Below are positions 16,354-25,392 of a stretch of 28,108 bases of DNA, piece by piece. Where the stretch lies: contig JALGVI010000039.1 in NCBI GenBank assembly GCA_029838215.1, positions 1-28,108 of the forward strand, read 5' to 3'. The stretch comes from Candidatus Helarchaeota archaeon (GTDB lineage: Archaea > Asgardarchaeota > Lokiarchaeia > Helarchaeales > RDOG01). A model generated the notes under the pieces. It made no database searches. It saw only the letters and a list, made by a program, of their open reading frames with translations, and was not told where the DNA came from. Position 1 is the stretch's first letter; each line of letters opens with the position of its first letter. A program made the position numbers and the translations under genes.

Positions 16354-17946
16354 TTAGGAATATTTCAAAGCCCAAATTAGAAGTGGAAAGAATGCTTCAC
16401 CGAATTCATCGGCTTTCTTCGTCAAGTAATACTTTTTGAACCCATCAATGGTCTTGGCTCTCACGAATTTTCGTTTTTTAAACTTTTGTAACATGGACTC
16501 TATCTCATCGCGCTTCATTTCAGGAAGTGCTTCGGCAATTTCTTCCAAGGTCATATATGTCGGTTTTCCTTTTTTGTAACATAAGATTTTTCCCAATATG
16601 ACCATTCGGGTCATCTGTCCATCTTCAAGCTGGAAGGAAACAGTGTCTGCAATTGTCTTCATTGCCATCTTAAATATCTCTTCATGGCTTTTTATGTCAT
16701 CGCCTCCCAACTCGATCCTATTTTTAATGATGTAGCTAATCAATCCATCTCTTTGAAAGCCGGGAGGTTCAGAAGGAATTTTCAGATATTCGTCTGAAAA
16801 AAGTTGATCTTGAATCTTAAAGGCACATCCACGTTCTTCAAGCTCTGAAACGCGTTCTACATACTCGATGGTCTGACCGGCTATTCCACAAGGACACGGG
16901 TTTTGTTTCACGACGATTATGTCATCTGTGAGTATGAATCCGGGATAAGAACGCGCCAAAAAATCAATTATTACTCCAATTCCGGGTTTTCCTGGAGGAA
17001 GAGGCTTGAGATCTTCAATGCTAACAGCATACACGTAACAAAATGGCGAAACATGGAGAGTTTTTACCATCTTACCATCTTCATAATGCACGCATTCGGG
17101 AATTCCCATTATCGATTCTGTTGCCCCGAAAAAGTCGCGAATGTTTTCTCGAGGCACGTCCAGTAAACGCGAGATCTCCTCTTCCAACTCATCACGGGTT
17201 CTTTTCCCATATTTATTTTGAGGATCACGTGGCTTCCAGCCTCCACCCGTAATCACGTAACCATTTTTTCCCAACGTGAAATGAAAGTCGTGTTCTTTCA
17301 TCCAATCCCGTAATAATAATAGAGCATATGGAAATCCAACAATGCTCTTCGCAAGTCCATCATCCTTGGCGAATTCACGCATTATCTCGAAATCCGGAAG
17401 AATATCTGGTTGTTTTGCCTTCGGTTTAAACTTGAGTTTCAAGCCAAAATACAGCTTTTGCTTCAAGAAAGGAAAAATATTCTTGATGACGGTTGCAAAT
17501 TTAAGTTGAGGAACATCAGGAAGCATTAAAAGCGTTTTTCCATTTTCAAGGGGTAAGAAATTAAAAAGATAGGCTATATTTGCCTTTATGAGCCAATCAA
17601 GCGTGATCTGATCCATTCCAATCCAAATTAAAGGTTTTCCAGAACTCCCTGTTGAAGAAAAATTGTACTTTATTTGTTCCTTTGGAACGCTAAAAAATTG
17701 ACGCTTTCGCAGAGTCTCCCGGCTATCCAATAATGGGATCTTGTACACGTCTTCAATGGACGTGACTTGGCTCGGATCGATTCCTTTTCCCTGACAATAC
17801 TTGCGATAATCCATGCAATTTGCATAGTGAAATTTGAATGTAGCGGTTATTAATTCATCTTGCATCTTTCGGATTTTTTCGGGAGTGAAATGATACACGT
17901 CTTGATTCAAATATTCATTTACCAGTTGTACGTGGCTCTTTGGCAT
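16354..17946 (-). CDS. LuxE-like acyl-protein synthetase, paralogue 2, fused to a C-terminal winged helix-turn-helix
   Basis: SSTGSSGKP, TGGGWK, DFFGATE, PGIGVIIDFLARSYPGFILTDD, CPCG..G...Y.ERV..LEERGC; then an extra ~135 aa ending TLEEIAEALP...IESMLQKF...YYLTKKADEFGEAFFPLLIWALKY. Confidence 0.82.
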   Translation of the reverse strand: MPKSHVQLVNEYLNQDVYHFTPEKIRKMQDELITATFKFHYANCMDYRKYCQGKGIDPSQVTSIEDVYKIPLLDSRETLRKRQFFSVPKEQIKYNFSSTGSSGKPLIWIGMDQITLDWLIKANIAYLFNFLPLENGKTLLMLPDVPQLKFATVIKNIFPFLKQKLYFGLKLKFKPKAKQPDILPDFEIMREFAKDDGLAKSIVGFPYALLLLRDWMKEHDFHFTLGKNGYVITGGGWKPRDPQNKYGKRTRDELEEEISRLLDVPRENIRDFFGATESIMGIPECVHYEDGKMVKTLHVSPFCYVYAVSIEDLKPLPPGKPGIGVIIDFLARSYPGFILTDDIIVVKQNPCPCGIAGQTIEYVERVSELEERGCAFKIQDQLFSDEYLKIPSEPPGFQRDGLISYIIKNRIELGGDDIKSHEEIFKMAMKTIADTVSFQLEDGQMTRMVILGKILCYKKGKPTYMTLEEIAEALPEMKRDEIESMLQKFKKRKFVRAKTIDGFKKYYLTKKADEFGEAFFPLLIWALKYS

Positions 17947-18166
17947 TTTATAATCGCCCTTTTTGTCTTAAAAACGCCATTTTTAAAAATGGAAGAAAAT
18001 TTTGTAAGAAAACTTTCTATGACTTTCATAAAAGATATTTAAATTTAAATGATTTTGTATAGGATATAAAGAAAAATTCGAGATTTTTTCTATTTCATGG
18101 TCGTAAAGATAAAAAAAATACGGGTTTAAATAAAAATCCAGCATAAAATTTAATACTAATATAAAA

Positions 18167-19069
18167 ATGGTCCCAAAAATGACAAATCAAAAGATTATTA
18201 AGATCATCTTAGGTGGAGAATCGGGCACCGGAAAAACATCATTCATCAAGCGTCTATCTAAAGGGATCTTTTCGCAAATCGAGCAACCAACAATTGACTC
18301 AGAATTTTACACCATTAAACAAGCATTGGACTCAGGAGAACTCATCATTCAAGTCTCGGATTTGAGTGGTTCTCCTCAATTCCGCTTTTTGCAGGACGTT
18401 CAAGTGAAAGGAGCATCAGGTGCAATTCTTTTTTTCACCAACGATTACAGCCTTGCAAAAATTCCCGAGTGGATCGCATTCATTCGTAAAAATTCAAGTC
18501 GGCAGGACATTCCGACCCTCATTGTAAGAGCAAAGTCGGACATTCAATCGGATAGTGCGGCAAAACAGAAGCTTGAAAAATTACGAAACGAATATAACAT
18601 GGCAGAAGTCATAGAAATGAGTGCCAAGACGGGCGATAATGTTGATAAAGTGATGGATACCATCGTAAAAATGGTATTGGAATTACCGGTCAATAAGACA
18701 TCAGAATTTGTTAGGGAAGAACCAAGCATTACCAGGGGTGAGAAAATTCGCGCAGGTTCAGAGAGACCAAAGCCACCTTCTCCCGAAAAAACCATATCGG
18801 AACCGATTAAGAAAACATCCGAAGTGAAAGTCAAGATCGAGTCAGGTCCAACTCAAGTTCAAAAAGTGCCGATGGAAACAACGGACGAAAAAGATGGGGA
18901 AATTTCAGGCGATTCATTTGATCTTTTTACTTTTATCGAGGAATCCAGAAAAGTCACGCGATCCTTGATGTTTCTAGACATCGAGGCAGCAGGAAAGCAT
19001 CTTGATAATGCCAGAAAAGAGCTCCGAAAAATAATGGGAATTTTTTTACCGAGAAAAAAAAGAGCTTGA
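18167..19069 (+). CDS. Ras-superfamily (Rab-like) small GTPase with long C-terminal extension
   Basis: G1 GESGTGKT, G2 PTI, G3 DLSG, G4 AKSD, G5 MSAK, GDNV..V, then a Pro/Glu/Lys-rich linker and a C-terminal helix ending PRKKRA. Confidence 0.88.
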   Translation: MVPKMTNQKIIKIILGGESGTGKTSFIKRLSKGIFSQIEQPTIDSEFYTIKQALDSGELIIQVSDLSGSPQFRFLQDVQVKGASGAILFFTNDYSLAKIPEWIAFIRKNSSRQDIPTLIVRAKSDIQSDSAAKQKLEKLRNEYNMAEVIEMSAKTGDNVDKVMDTIVKMVLELPVNKTSEFVREEPSITRGEKIRAGSERPKPPSPEKTISEPIKKTSEVKVKIESGPTQVQKVPMETTDEKDGEISGDSFDLFTFIEESRKVTRSLMFLDIEAAGKHLDNARKELRKIMGIFLPRKKRA

Positions 19070-19070
19070 A

Positions 19071-19685
19071 TCACGGAAAAATTACCGTCAATTCTTCACG
19101 GAGCGTGCTCGTTGCATTATTTGCAGAGGCGACCAGCGCATCAATCACGTCAGCACGTATGATGCCGGGAACATTCACGAGGCTTCGATTCTTAAGAATG
19201 AAGTTGACCAAATCTTCAACAAGAACAATCTCCTTTTCAATGACATCTGTCGCCTCTTCTTTTGAAAGAATGCTCCTGACCATTTCATAATAATTTTTTC
19301 CGGTTCCTTGCAAGATTCGGGCATCTGCCCTCGCCCGATACTCGTAGAGATTTACAATCTTTGCTCGTGCTTCTTGATATTTTGGATGCCTCTTGCGAAT
19401 ATTCGAGTGATAATTGTCAAGACGGAGATACTTGTCCTGATATTTATCCAGAATCTCCTGAAATGCCTTCTCATCCTCAGTATATTGAGATGCAACTTCA
19501 AGAAGGACCGCTTTTTGTTTAACGAGTTTTTCTTCTGTATCGGGTCCTGCAATAATCTTAAACACGATATCCATTGGTATTGTAGTCGTGCGAAAGAAAT
19601 TAACCAGAAAATCCATCATTTTCTTTGCAGTGGTCCTCATGTACTCCATGTATAGATCTATTTTTTCCTGCATTGTTTGTGACAT
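19071..19685 (-). CDS. Hypothetical alpha-helical protein
   Basis: 204-aa ORF with natural composition that fills the gap between two + strand genes. No recognised motif. Confidence 0.72.
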   Translation of the reverse strand: MSQTMQEKIDLYMEYMRTTAKKMMDFLVNFFRTTTIPMDIVFKIIAGPDTEEKLVKQKAVLLEVASQYTEDEKAFQEILDKYQDKYLRLDNYHSNIRKRHPKYQEARAKIVNLYEYRARADARILQGTGKNYYEMVRSILSKEEATDVIEKEIVLVEDLVNFILKNRSLVNVPGIIRADVIDALVASANNATSTLREELTVIFP

Positions 19686-19855
19686 ATCGAAAACATCCTG
19701 ATGAAGAATAAATCGAGTTGATTAAAGTCATAAATTTTAAACTCTATTTTAAATTTAGTGGCAATTATCAGCAAACCGATTTTTGCAGCAAACATAATCT
19801 TTTATTTTAACGAGTAATTATGTGATCATTAGAATCAATAGGAAAGGGGGACGTA

Positions 19856-20746
19856 ATGCCCATACAGAACCATGTTCCATTCCGCGTGAAAGAAATTAAA
19901 GTGCGGACCTTGAAAAAGTTGCATGCTGCAGAAACAGATTCCATGCAAGATACTCCGTATCCGTTTGAAAAGCTGGAAAAGCACCTCCTATTCAATAATA
20001 TCTTACCTTGGAAAATTGGACAACGAGGAATCATTTCCACGGAAGATGTCATTGAAGTCATCAACAAGATGGAGCAAGATGACTTAATTTCAATTCATGA
20101 TAATAAAATTAGACTAACAAAAAAAGGAAAACAAGTAGCAATTCGAATTAAAGATATCGCATTAAAAGACATCTCGCTTGATTCTCAAACAGGTGATGTA
20201 TCCATTTCTAAAGCCAGTCATGCAGTTACTCAAGAGTTACCTGAAGAGAATGATAAGACGGCTCCTGAACATGAAGAAGAACCATCATTATTTGATTCAT
20301 TATATAACAGACTCATGGAAGAAGTCAAGATTGAAGATATCCTGCCACCCATCATCGAAAAACAAAAAAATCAACGAGATCTTGAAGCTATAACCATTAA
20401 AGAAGCTGAAAAGGCAGGACAGATTTCTCAAAGGCATCTAGAGCCATCTGGAGAAATTTCAAAGAAAAGGATACAAGAAGTTCCCATTCAACCAGAGCCC
20501 ATTCGTGAGGACCGAACAAAAAAACAAGAACCACGACGAGAACGAACAGCCATCCGCACACCAAAGATGGAAAGAAAAATTATTAGATGTCCCCACTGCA
20601 ACAATCCTGTGAGAAAAGATGCAACTAGATGTCCTTTTTGTCATGGTTTACTCAAGTCAACAGAAAAGCAATTTTGTCCAAAATGCAATTTGAAATTAAG
20701 AATAGGTGCCAAATTTTGTCCTCGGTGCGGAATTCGAATAAAGTGA
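19856..20746 (+). CDS. Winged-helix N-terminus + charged linker + C-terminal double zinc ribbon protein
   Basis: EDVIEVINKMEQDDLISIHDNKIRLTKKG (wHTH wing), then CPHC...CPFC...CPKC...CPRC. Confidence 0.75.
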   Translation: MPIQNHVPFRVKEIKVRTLKKLHAAETDSMQDTPYPFEKLEKHLLFNNILPWKIGQRGIISTEDVIEVINKMEQDDLISIHDNKIRLTKKGKQVAIRIKDIALKDISLDSQTGDVSISKASHAVTQELPEENDKTAPEHEEEPSLFDSLYNRLMEEVKIEDILPPIIEKQKNQRDLEAITIKEAEKAGQISQRHLEPSGEISKKRIQEVPIQPEPIREDRTKKQEPRRERTAIRTPKMERKIIRCPHCNNPVRKDATRCPFCHGLLKSTEKQFCPKCNLKLRIGAKFCPRCGIRIK

Positions 20747-20892
20747 CTTTTTAACCAGTTAGCCGCATGTTTCGTGAATTTTACAAGATCTTGATTCCTT
20801 CAAACTGGAAAAACGACATCTTAGAGAAATAAATAAATTCAAAACATGCAATTGAAAATAAAGAAAAACACGAAACGTGAGTGAATTTGATC

Positions 20893-22071
20893 ATGCACGA
20901 CATTATCGTTGCAGGTGCAGGACCAGGAGGCACTACGGCTGCAAAAAACTTGGCACGAAGAGGTTTTTCAGTCTTAATTCTTGAAAAAAATCCCATTCCA
21001 CGAGATAAACCGTGTGGAGGATGGATCACGCCTTCAGTCCTGGAATTGATTGAATGGGACGAGAAAAAACTTGATGAGATATTCTGGAGTCCCATAAAGG
21101 GTCTCAGCATTTATTCTCCCAGTTTATTTTCCTTTACAATGAAAAGGGAGAAGATTTTAAGTTACGGAATATTGCGCGAGCAGTTTGACCACGCATTATT
21201 AACGGATGCTTTGAGTGAAGGAGCCACGGTTAATGCAGATGAAGCAGTAAAGAATGTCATTGTAAAAGACGAAAAAGTAATCGTGCAGACTAAAAAGAAT
21301 GATTACACGTGCAGGTTGATAATTGGGGCAGATGGCACTCGCTCGAAAGTGGCAGAATGCACGAAAGTCAGGCCAGCATGGACATCTTCTGAAATCGTAT
21401 TGGATCTTGTTAGTGAAACGAAGGTTCCAAAAAAAATGATCCGAGATTTTTATAAGGACGATTTGGCATTCATTTTTTACAACAAGGGAGGAGGATATAA
21501 TTGGATCTATCCTAAAATCAACCAAAAATATGACGATGCATGTGTTAATATTGGAGTTGGTTGCCAATTATCAAAAATCAAAAATTCACGGCAAATGTAC
21601 CAAGAACACGTGCAGAACCTCAAGCAAATCAATCTCTTGCCTGAAAGCATCACTCTAGCAAAAAGCACGGGCTGGACTTATGCCACGTTACTCGGTCCAA
21701 AAAAACGCACGTATGGAGACCGCGTGTTATTGGTAGGAGATGCGGGTGGGTTCAGTTCAAATATCGCAGGCGAAGGCATAAGAACAGCTATCATTACAGG
21801 CAAGCTTGCCGCAGAGTCCATCTCAAGCGTTCCCGATTTCTCAAAGACATCCTTAAAGTCTTATGAAAAGGCGTGGAAACGCCTTTTAAAAACGGAATAT
21901 GATATTGGAAAAGTGCTCCAACAGACTTTGACAAGGGAAATGGACTCAATAGATAATATCTTGAAGAAGTTGCGGGACGATATACAGGGACAAGAAGATC
22001 TTGTGAAACTCTTAATAGCATCGGATGACTTGGCAGAAGTATTTGGCAGATTAGCCAGAAAACTCTTATAA
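20893..22071 (+). CDS. Geranylgeranyl reductase-family FAD-dependent oxidoreductase (DGGR-like)
   Basis: DIIVAGAGPGG, PRDKPCGG, R..FD..L, IIGADG, GGYNWIYP, NIGVG, LVGDAGG...NIAGEGIRTA. ATG at 20893 preferred over GTG at 20881. Confidence 0.88.
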   Translation: MHDIIVAGAGPGGTTAAKNLARRGFSVLILEKNPIPRDKPCGGWITPSVLELIEWDEKKLDEIFWSPIKGLSIYSPSLFSFTMKREKILSYGILREQFDHALLTDALSEGATVNADEAVKNVIVKDEKVIVQTKKNDYTCRLIIGADGTRSKVAECTKVRPAWTSSEIVLDLVSETKVPKKMIRDFYKDDLAFIFYNKGGGYNWIYPKINQKYDDACVNIGVGCQLSKIKNSRQMYQEHVQNLKQINLLPESITLAKSTGWTYATLLGPKKRTYGDRVLLVGDAGGFSSNIAGEGIRTAIITGKLAAESISSVPDFSKTSLKSYEKAWKRLLKTEYDIGKVLQQTLTREMDSIDNILKKLRDDIQGQEDLVKLLIASDDLAEVFGRLARKLL

Positions 22072-22311
22072 AAGTTTTATATTTCTTTTATGTCGTATAA
22101 CGGTCATCCCTAAATGCCGTCAATGGAGTGGAAGATGGCAATTTGAGTCTTGTAAAGAAAACCTGAAAAGAGATCGGTTTTTAAAGTGTTTTGTTGATAA
22201 TTATTTTTTATCATGAGATTAATTTGAACTTGAAAGACGTGTTTTGAAAAAAAAATAAATAAGAATGATTTATGAACGTGTGGACTTGTTGACATGGCAG
22301 GAGGTCTCTAA

Positions 22312-24021
22312 ATGACCAAGTTTATTTTTGTTACGGGCGGGGTCATGTCCGCCATAGGAAAGGGCGTTACAACTGCCAGTTTAGGCAAACTTTTTCAATT
22401 TAGGAATTATGATGTTAGCGCAATTAAGATAGATCCTTATTTAAACGTGGATCCGGGAACACTAAATCCCATTGAACATGGAGAGGTTTTCATTACGGAA
22501 GAGGTTTGGGATTTTGTGCCTTCAATGGGCCCAAACAGAAAAGATGATATCGATGATTTGAACACTGCTTATGGCAAAAAGCAAGTCTATCGTATTTGCG
22601 AAATAGATCAGGATTTTGGCACGTACGAGCGTTTTCTTGATAAAAATCTTCATCCTTCTTCTAACATAACTTCGGGACAGGTCTATTTATCGGTCATCCT
22701 TCAAGAACGCTACGGTGAATATTTAGGGCGGACCGTTCAAATCATCCCTCACGTGACAGACGAAATTAAGAGACGGATAAGGCAAATAGCCGAAAAAGAT
22801 AACTCGGATGTGGTAATCACGGAGATCGGGGGGACAGTTGGTGATATCGAAGCGATGCCATATTTAGAAGCAGTACGTCAATTTCGGCTCGAGGAACCGA
22901 AAGAAAATACGGCTTTAGTTCACGTTACACTCATTCCATATTCAGAAGCCGTGGGCGAATTAAAAACGAAACCCACTCAACATAGCGTTAAAACCTTGCT
23001 GAGCTTAGGATTGCAACCCGATATCATTATCGGACGGGCAAAAATCGAGCTAACGGAACAAGTTCGGCAAAAAATTAGCTTATACTGTAATGTCCCGGTC
23101 CAGGGTGTCATTTCAAATCCCGAATTATCAATAATCTATGAATTGCCATTGATATTTGAGAAGTTCAATTTAGGAACGTATTTAATACATGACTTGCTTC
23201 AAATGGTACCACCCAAACCCGACATTTCAAAGTGGGAGGAATTAATTGAAAAATACAAGAATCCCAAGCACTCATTAAAAATCGCGATGCCTGGAAAATA
23301 TACCTTGATAACGGATAGTTATGTGAGCATTAATGAAGCACTGAAGCATGCTGCGGCTCACCTTGATTCCAAAATAAAGATAGAATGGATCGATGCAGAA
23401 CCCTTTGAAAAAGATCGCTCAAAAGTAAGCGTTTTATCGGGATATGATGGCATTTTAATGACTCCTGGATTTGGAGAGCGTGGCGTGGAGGGCATGATCC
23501 TTGCAGCTCGTCATGCAATTCAAGCAAAAATTCCATTTTTAGGCATTTGTTACGGCGCTCAAATCCTATTTTGCGCGTTTTGTAGGGAATTCTTGGGTCT
23601 TGATAAAGCCGCTTCGACCGAATTTGTTCCCGAAACATGTGATCCCGTCGTGGACTTGTTACCAGAACAAAAGAAGATCAAGGACAAGGGAGGAACGATG
23701 AGACTGGGTGGTCAAGAGATTTATTTCAAGGAGGGTAGCATCTTGCATGATGTATATGAAGTGCCAAAAGCGGTTGAGCGATTTCGCCACAGATATCACA
23801 TAATAACACGTTATGCAGAAGAAGCCCAACAAAAAGGTCTCGTGATATCGTCATATGATAAAACAGGCACCATAATTAACTCTATCGAATACGTCAAAGA
23901 TGGGAACTGGATGATAGGGGTCCAATTTCATCCAGAATACAAGTCCCGCCCTGCAAGACCCAGTCCAGTTTATCTCGCATTCGTCAAAAAATGTTTAGAA
24001 AAAAAAATCCAGTCGTCATGA
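22312..24021 (+). CDS. pyrG: CTP synthase (glutamine-hydrolysing)
   Basis: TKFIFVTGGV.S.IGKG, KIDPYLNVDPGT, HGEVF, GRTVQIIPHVTDEIK, EIGGTVGDIEA, ELKTKPTQHSV, PGFGERG, GICYG (catalytic Cys), GGTMRLG, RFRHRY, QFHPE. AGGAGGT ribosome-binding site at 22299-22305. Confidence 0.97.
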   Translation: MTKFIFVTGGVMSAIGKGVTTASLGKLFQFRNYDVSAIKIDPYLNVDPGTLNPIEHGEVFITEEVWDFVPSMGPNRKDDIDDLNTAYGKKQVYRICEIDQDFGTYERFLDKNLHPSSNITSGQVYLSVILQERYGEYLGRTVQIIPHVTDEIKRRIRQIAEKDNSDVVITEIGGTVGDIEAMPYLEAVRQFRLEEPKENTALVHVTLIPYSEAVGELKTKPTQHSVKTLLSLGLQPDIIIGRAKIELTEQVRQKISLYCNVPVQGVISNPELSIIYELPLIFEKFNLGTYLIHDLLQMVPPKPDISKWEELIEKYKNPKHSLKIAMPGKYTLITDSYVSINEALKHAAAHLDSKIKIEWIDAEPFEKDRSKVSVLSGYDGILMTPGFGERGVEGMILAARHAIQAKIPFLGICYGAQILFCAFCREFLGLDKAASTEFVPETCDPVVDLLPEQKKIKDKGGTMRLGGQEIYFKEGSILHDVYEVPKAVERFRHRYHIITRYAEEAQQKGLVISSYDKTGTIINSIEYVKDGNWMIGVQFHPEYKSRPARPSPVYLAFVKKCLEKKIQSS

Positions 24022-24156
24022 ATTTCTGGCTTGATGCGAATCAATCCCGAAGACCACCTATTTTTCACGTGCAACAGGCGACCATTATCGCTTGAAATTT
24101 CTTAATTTTCAGTACCCCTCCTTTTCTTATATAGTAGAAAAATGTTCTTTTGATTA

Positions 24157-25368
24157 ATGACAATTTCAAACGCTAATCTTTTCATCCCAAAGAACGTCGA
24201 TTCAAAATCGGATGATATCGGGTTTCTTGAAAATATTTTAGATCTTGCTCAAAAAATATCTAACCACGAAAAGAGAAAGCTGAAATTCGTTTCATCTCTA
24301 GATTTTTTAAGAGATCTTGATTTAAGTTTTCTTTCTCCGATAGTACATGATGAACTAGGAGAAACGGTACTGGTTCACAAGGTAAATCCAACAAATCTAA
24401 CGGGATTGACGGTAGCGGGTGTCGATGGAGGGTTGATCAGCAAGAGCCTTCATAATTTTGATCTCGTTCTGACAAGAGCTGTTGCGTGCATTTTCCATTT
24501 TCAAAAGAATCGCCCCGTTGTTCAATACATCACGAGCGAATCACCCAGACCATTACTCCATTATAACTTCAAACCTTATAGCCGCACCGAAACAGATCTC
24601 TTTGCGACTTTAGAAAGGATAAAATGTGAGATCAAATTAGCACAATCAATTTTTAATAATGCAACACCAGAAGCCATCCTACTTGATGGGTCCATCTTGC
24701 CCTTACCATCTGATCGGCCCAGTTCACTAAACAATCCTCAATTATATCGCAAGTATGAAACGCTAATCAAGGAATTTGAATCACTTTATGATCTATGCTT
24801 GACTCACAAAACGATTTTAGCAGGTTGCATTAAAGACACGCGTTCTTCTCGTCTTGTCAAATTTTTGGGTAAGATCATCCCAAATCTCTTTCACCATAAG
24901 GATAATCTAAACGTGGATCTCAATAAAATATTTGAACTGGACTATCGTAAGGTGATAGAACTCTTGAGAGATACGGATTTTCTCTCGACATTCCTTGAAG
25001 TTGGAGAAAGAACTGCAGTAATGAATTATTTCGAAAATAAGGCACCCATTTACAAAGATCTTGATCCATATTTCGCTGATCGTCTCAAACTTTTCTATCT
25101 GAAAACTGTAGAGTACGATATTCCAATGCGAGTAGAGGTCCTCACGCTAAATAGCACGCCTCTCAAGACAATTCGAAAAATATCTTCAATTTTATATCCA
25201 TTATCTTCTTATCATTCCAAATATGGAGTTCCAACAGTCCTGATAGAGGCCGATGCACGAGCAAAATTGAATGAAAATGATCTAGAACTAATTTACGACA
25301 TGCTCTATGATTCGGTTCCGGGTTCCATAAAACTTTTAAAATTAAGGCGTTATAGACGTCCTTTTTAA
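24157..25368 (+). CDS. nurA: NurA-family DNA double-strand-break repair nuclease
   Basis: AGVDGG, LLDGS, LAGCIKD, RD..FL...L..GER, YG.P.VLIEAD..A; located directly upstream of herA. Confidence 0.85.
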   Translation: MTISNANLFIPKNVDSKSDDIGFLENILDLAQKISNHEKRKLKFVSSLDFLRDLDLSFLSPIVHDELGETVLVHKVNPTNLTGLTVAGVDGGLISKSLHNFDLVLTRAVACIFHFQKNRPVVQYITSESPRPLLHYNFKPYSRTETDLFATLERIKCEIKLAQSIFNNATPEAILLDGSILPLPSDRPSSLNNPQLYRKYETLIKEFESLYDLCLTHKTILAGCIKDTRSSRLVKFLGKIIPNLFHHKDNLNVDLNKIFELDYRKVIELLRDTDFLSTFLEVGERTAVMNYFENKAPIYKDLDPYFADRLKLFYLKTVEYDIPMRVEVLTLNSTPLKTIRKISSILYPLSSYHSKYGVPTVLIEADARAKLNENDLELIYDMLYDSVPGSIKLLKLRRYRRPF

Positions 25369-25392
25369 TTTATCGTTAAGGTCCTGATACTA

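Noticed and set aside
5386-17946. Bioluminescence (lux) system suggested by LuxE-like genes near a luciferase-like protein and a flavin oxidoreductase
   Set aside because: The LLM superfamily is very large and this single gene looks like a generic archaeal oxidoreductase. There is no LuxA/LuxB pair, LuxC or LuxD, the genes are not operonic, and the neighbours (AOR, radical SAM) indicate an anaerobe.
22498-22599. Intein or intron in pyrG
   Set aside because: The insertion is only ~30 aa, in frame, and lacks intein terminal residues (Cys/Ser start, His-Asn end).
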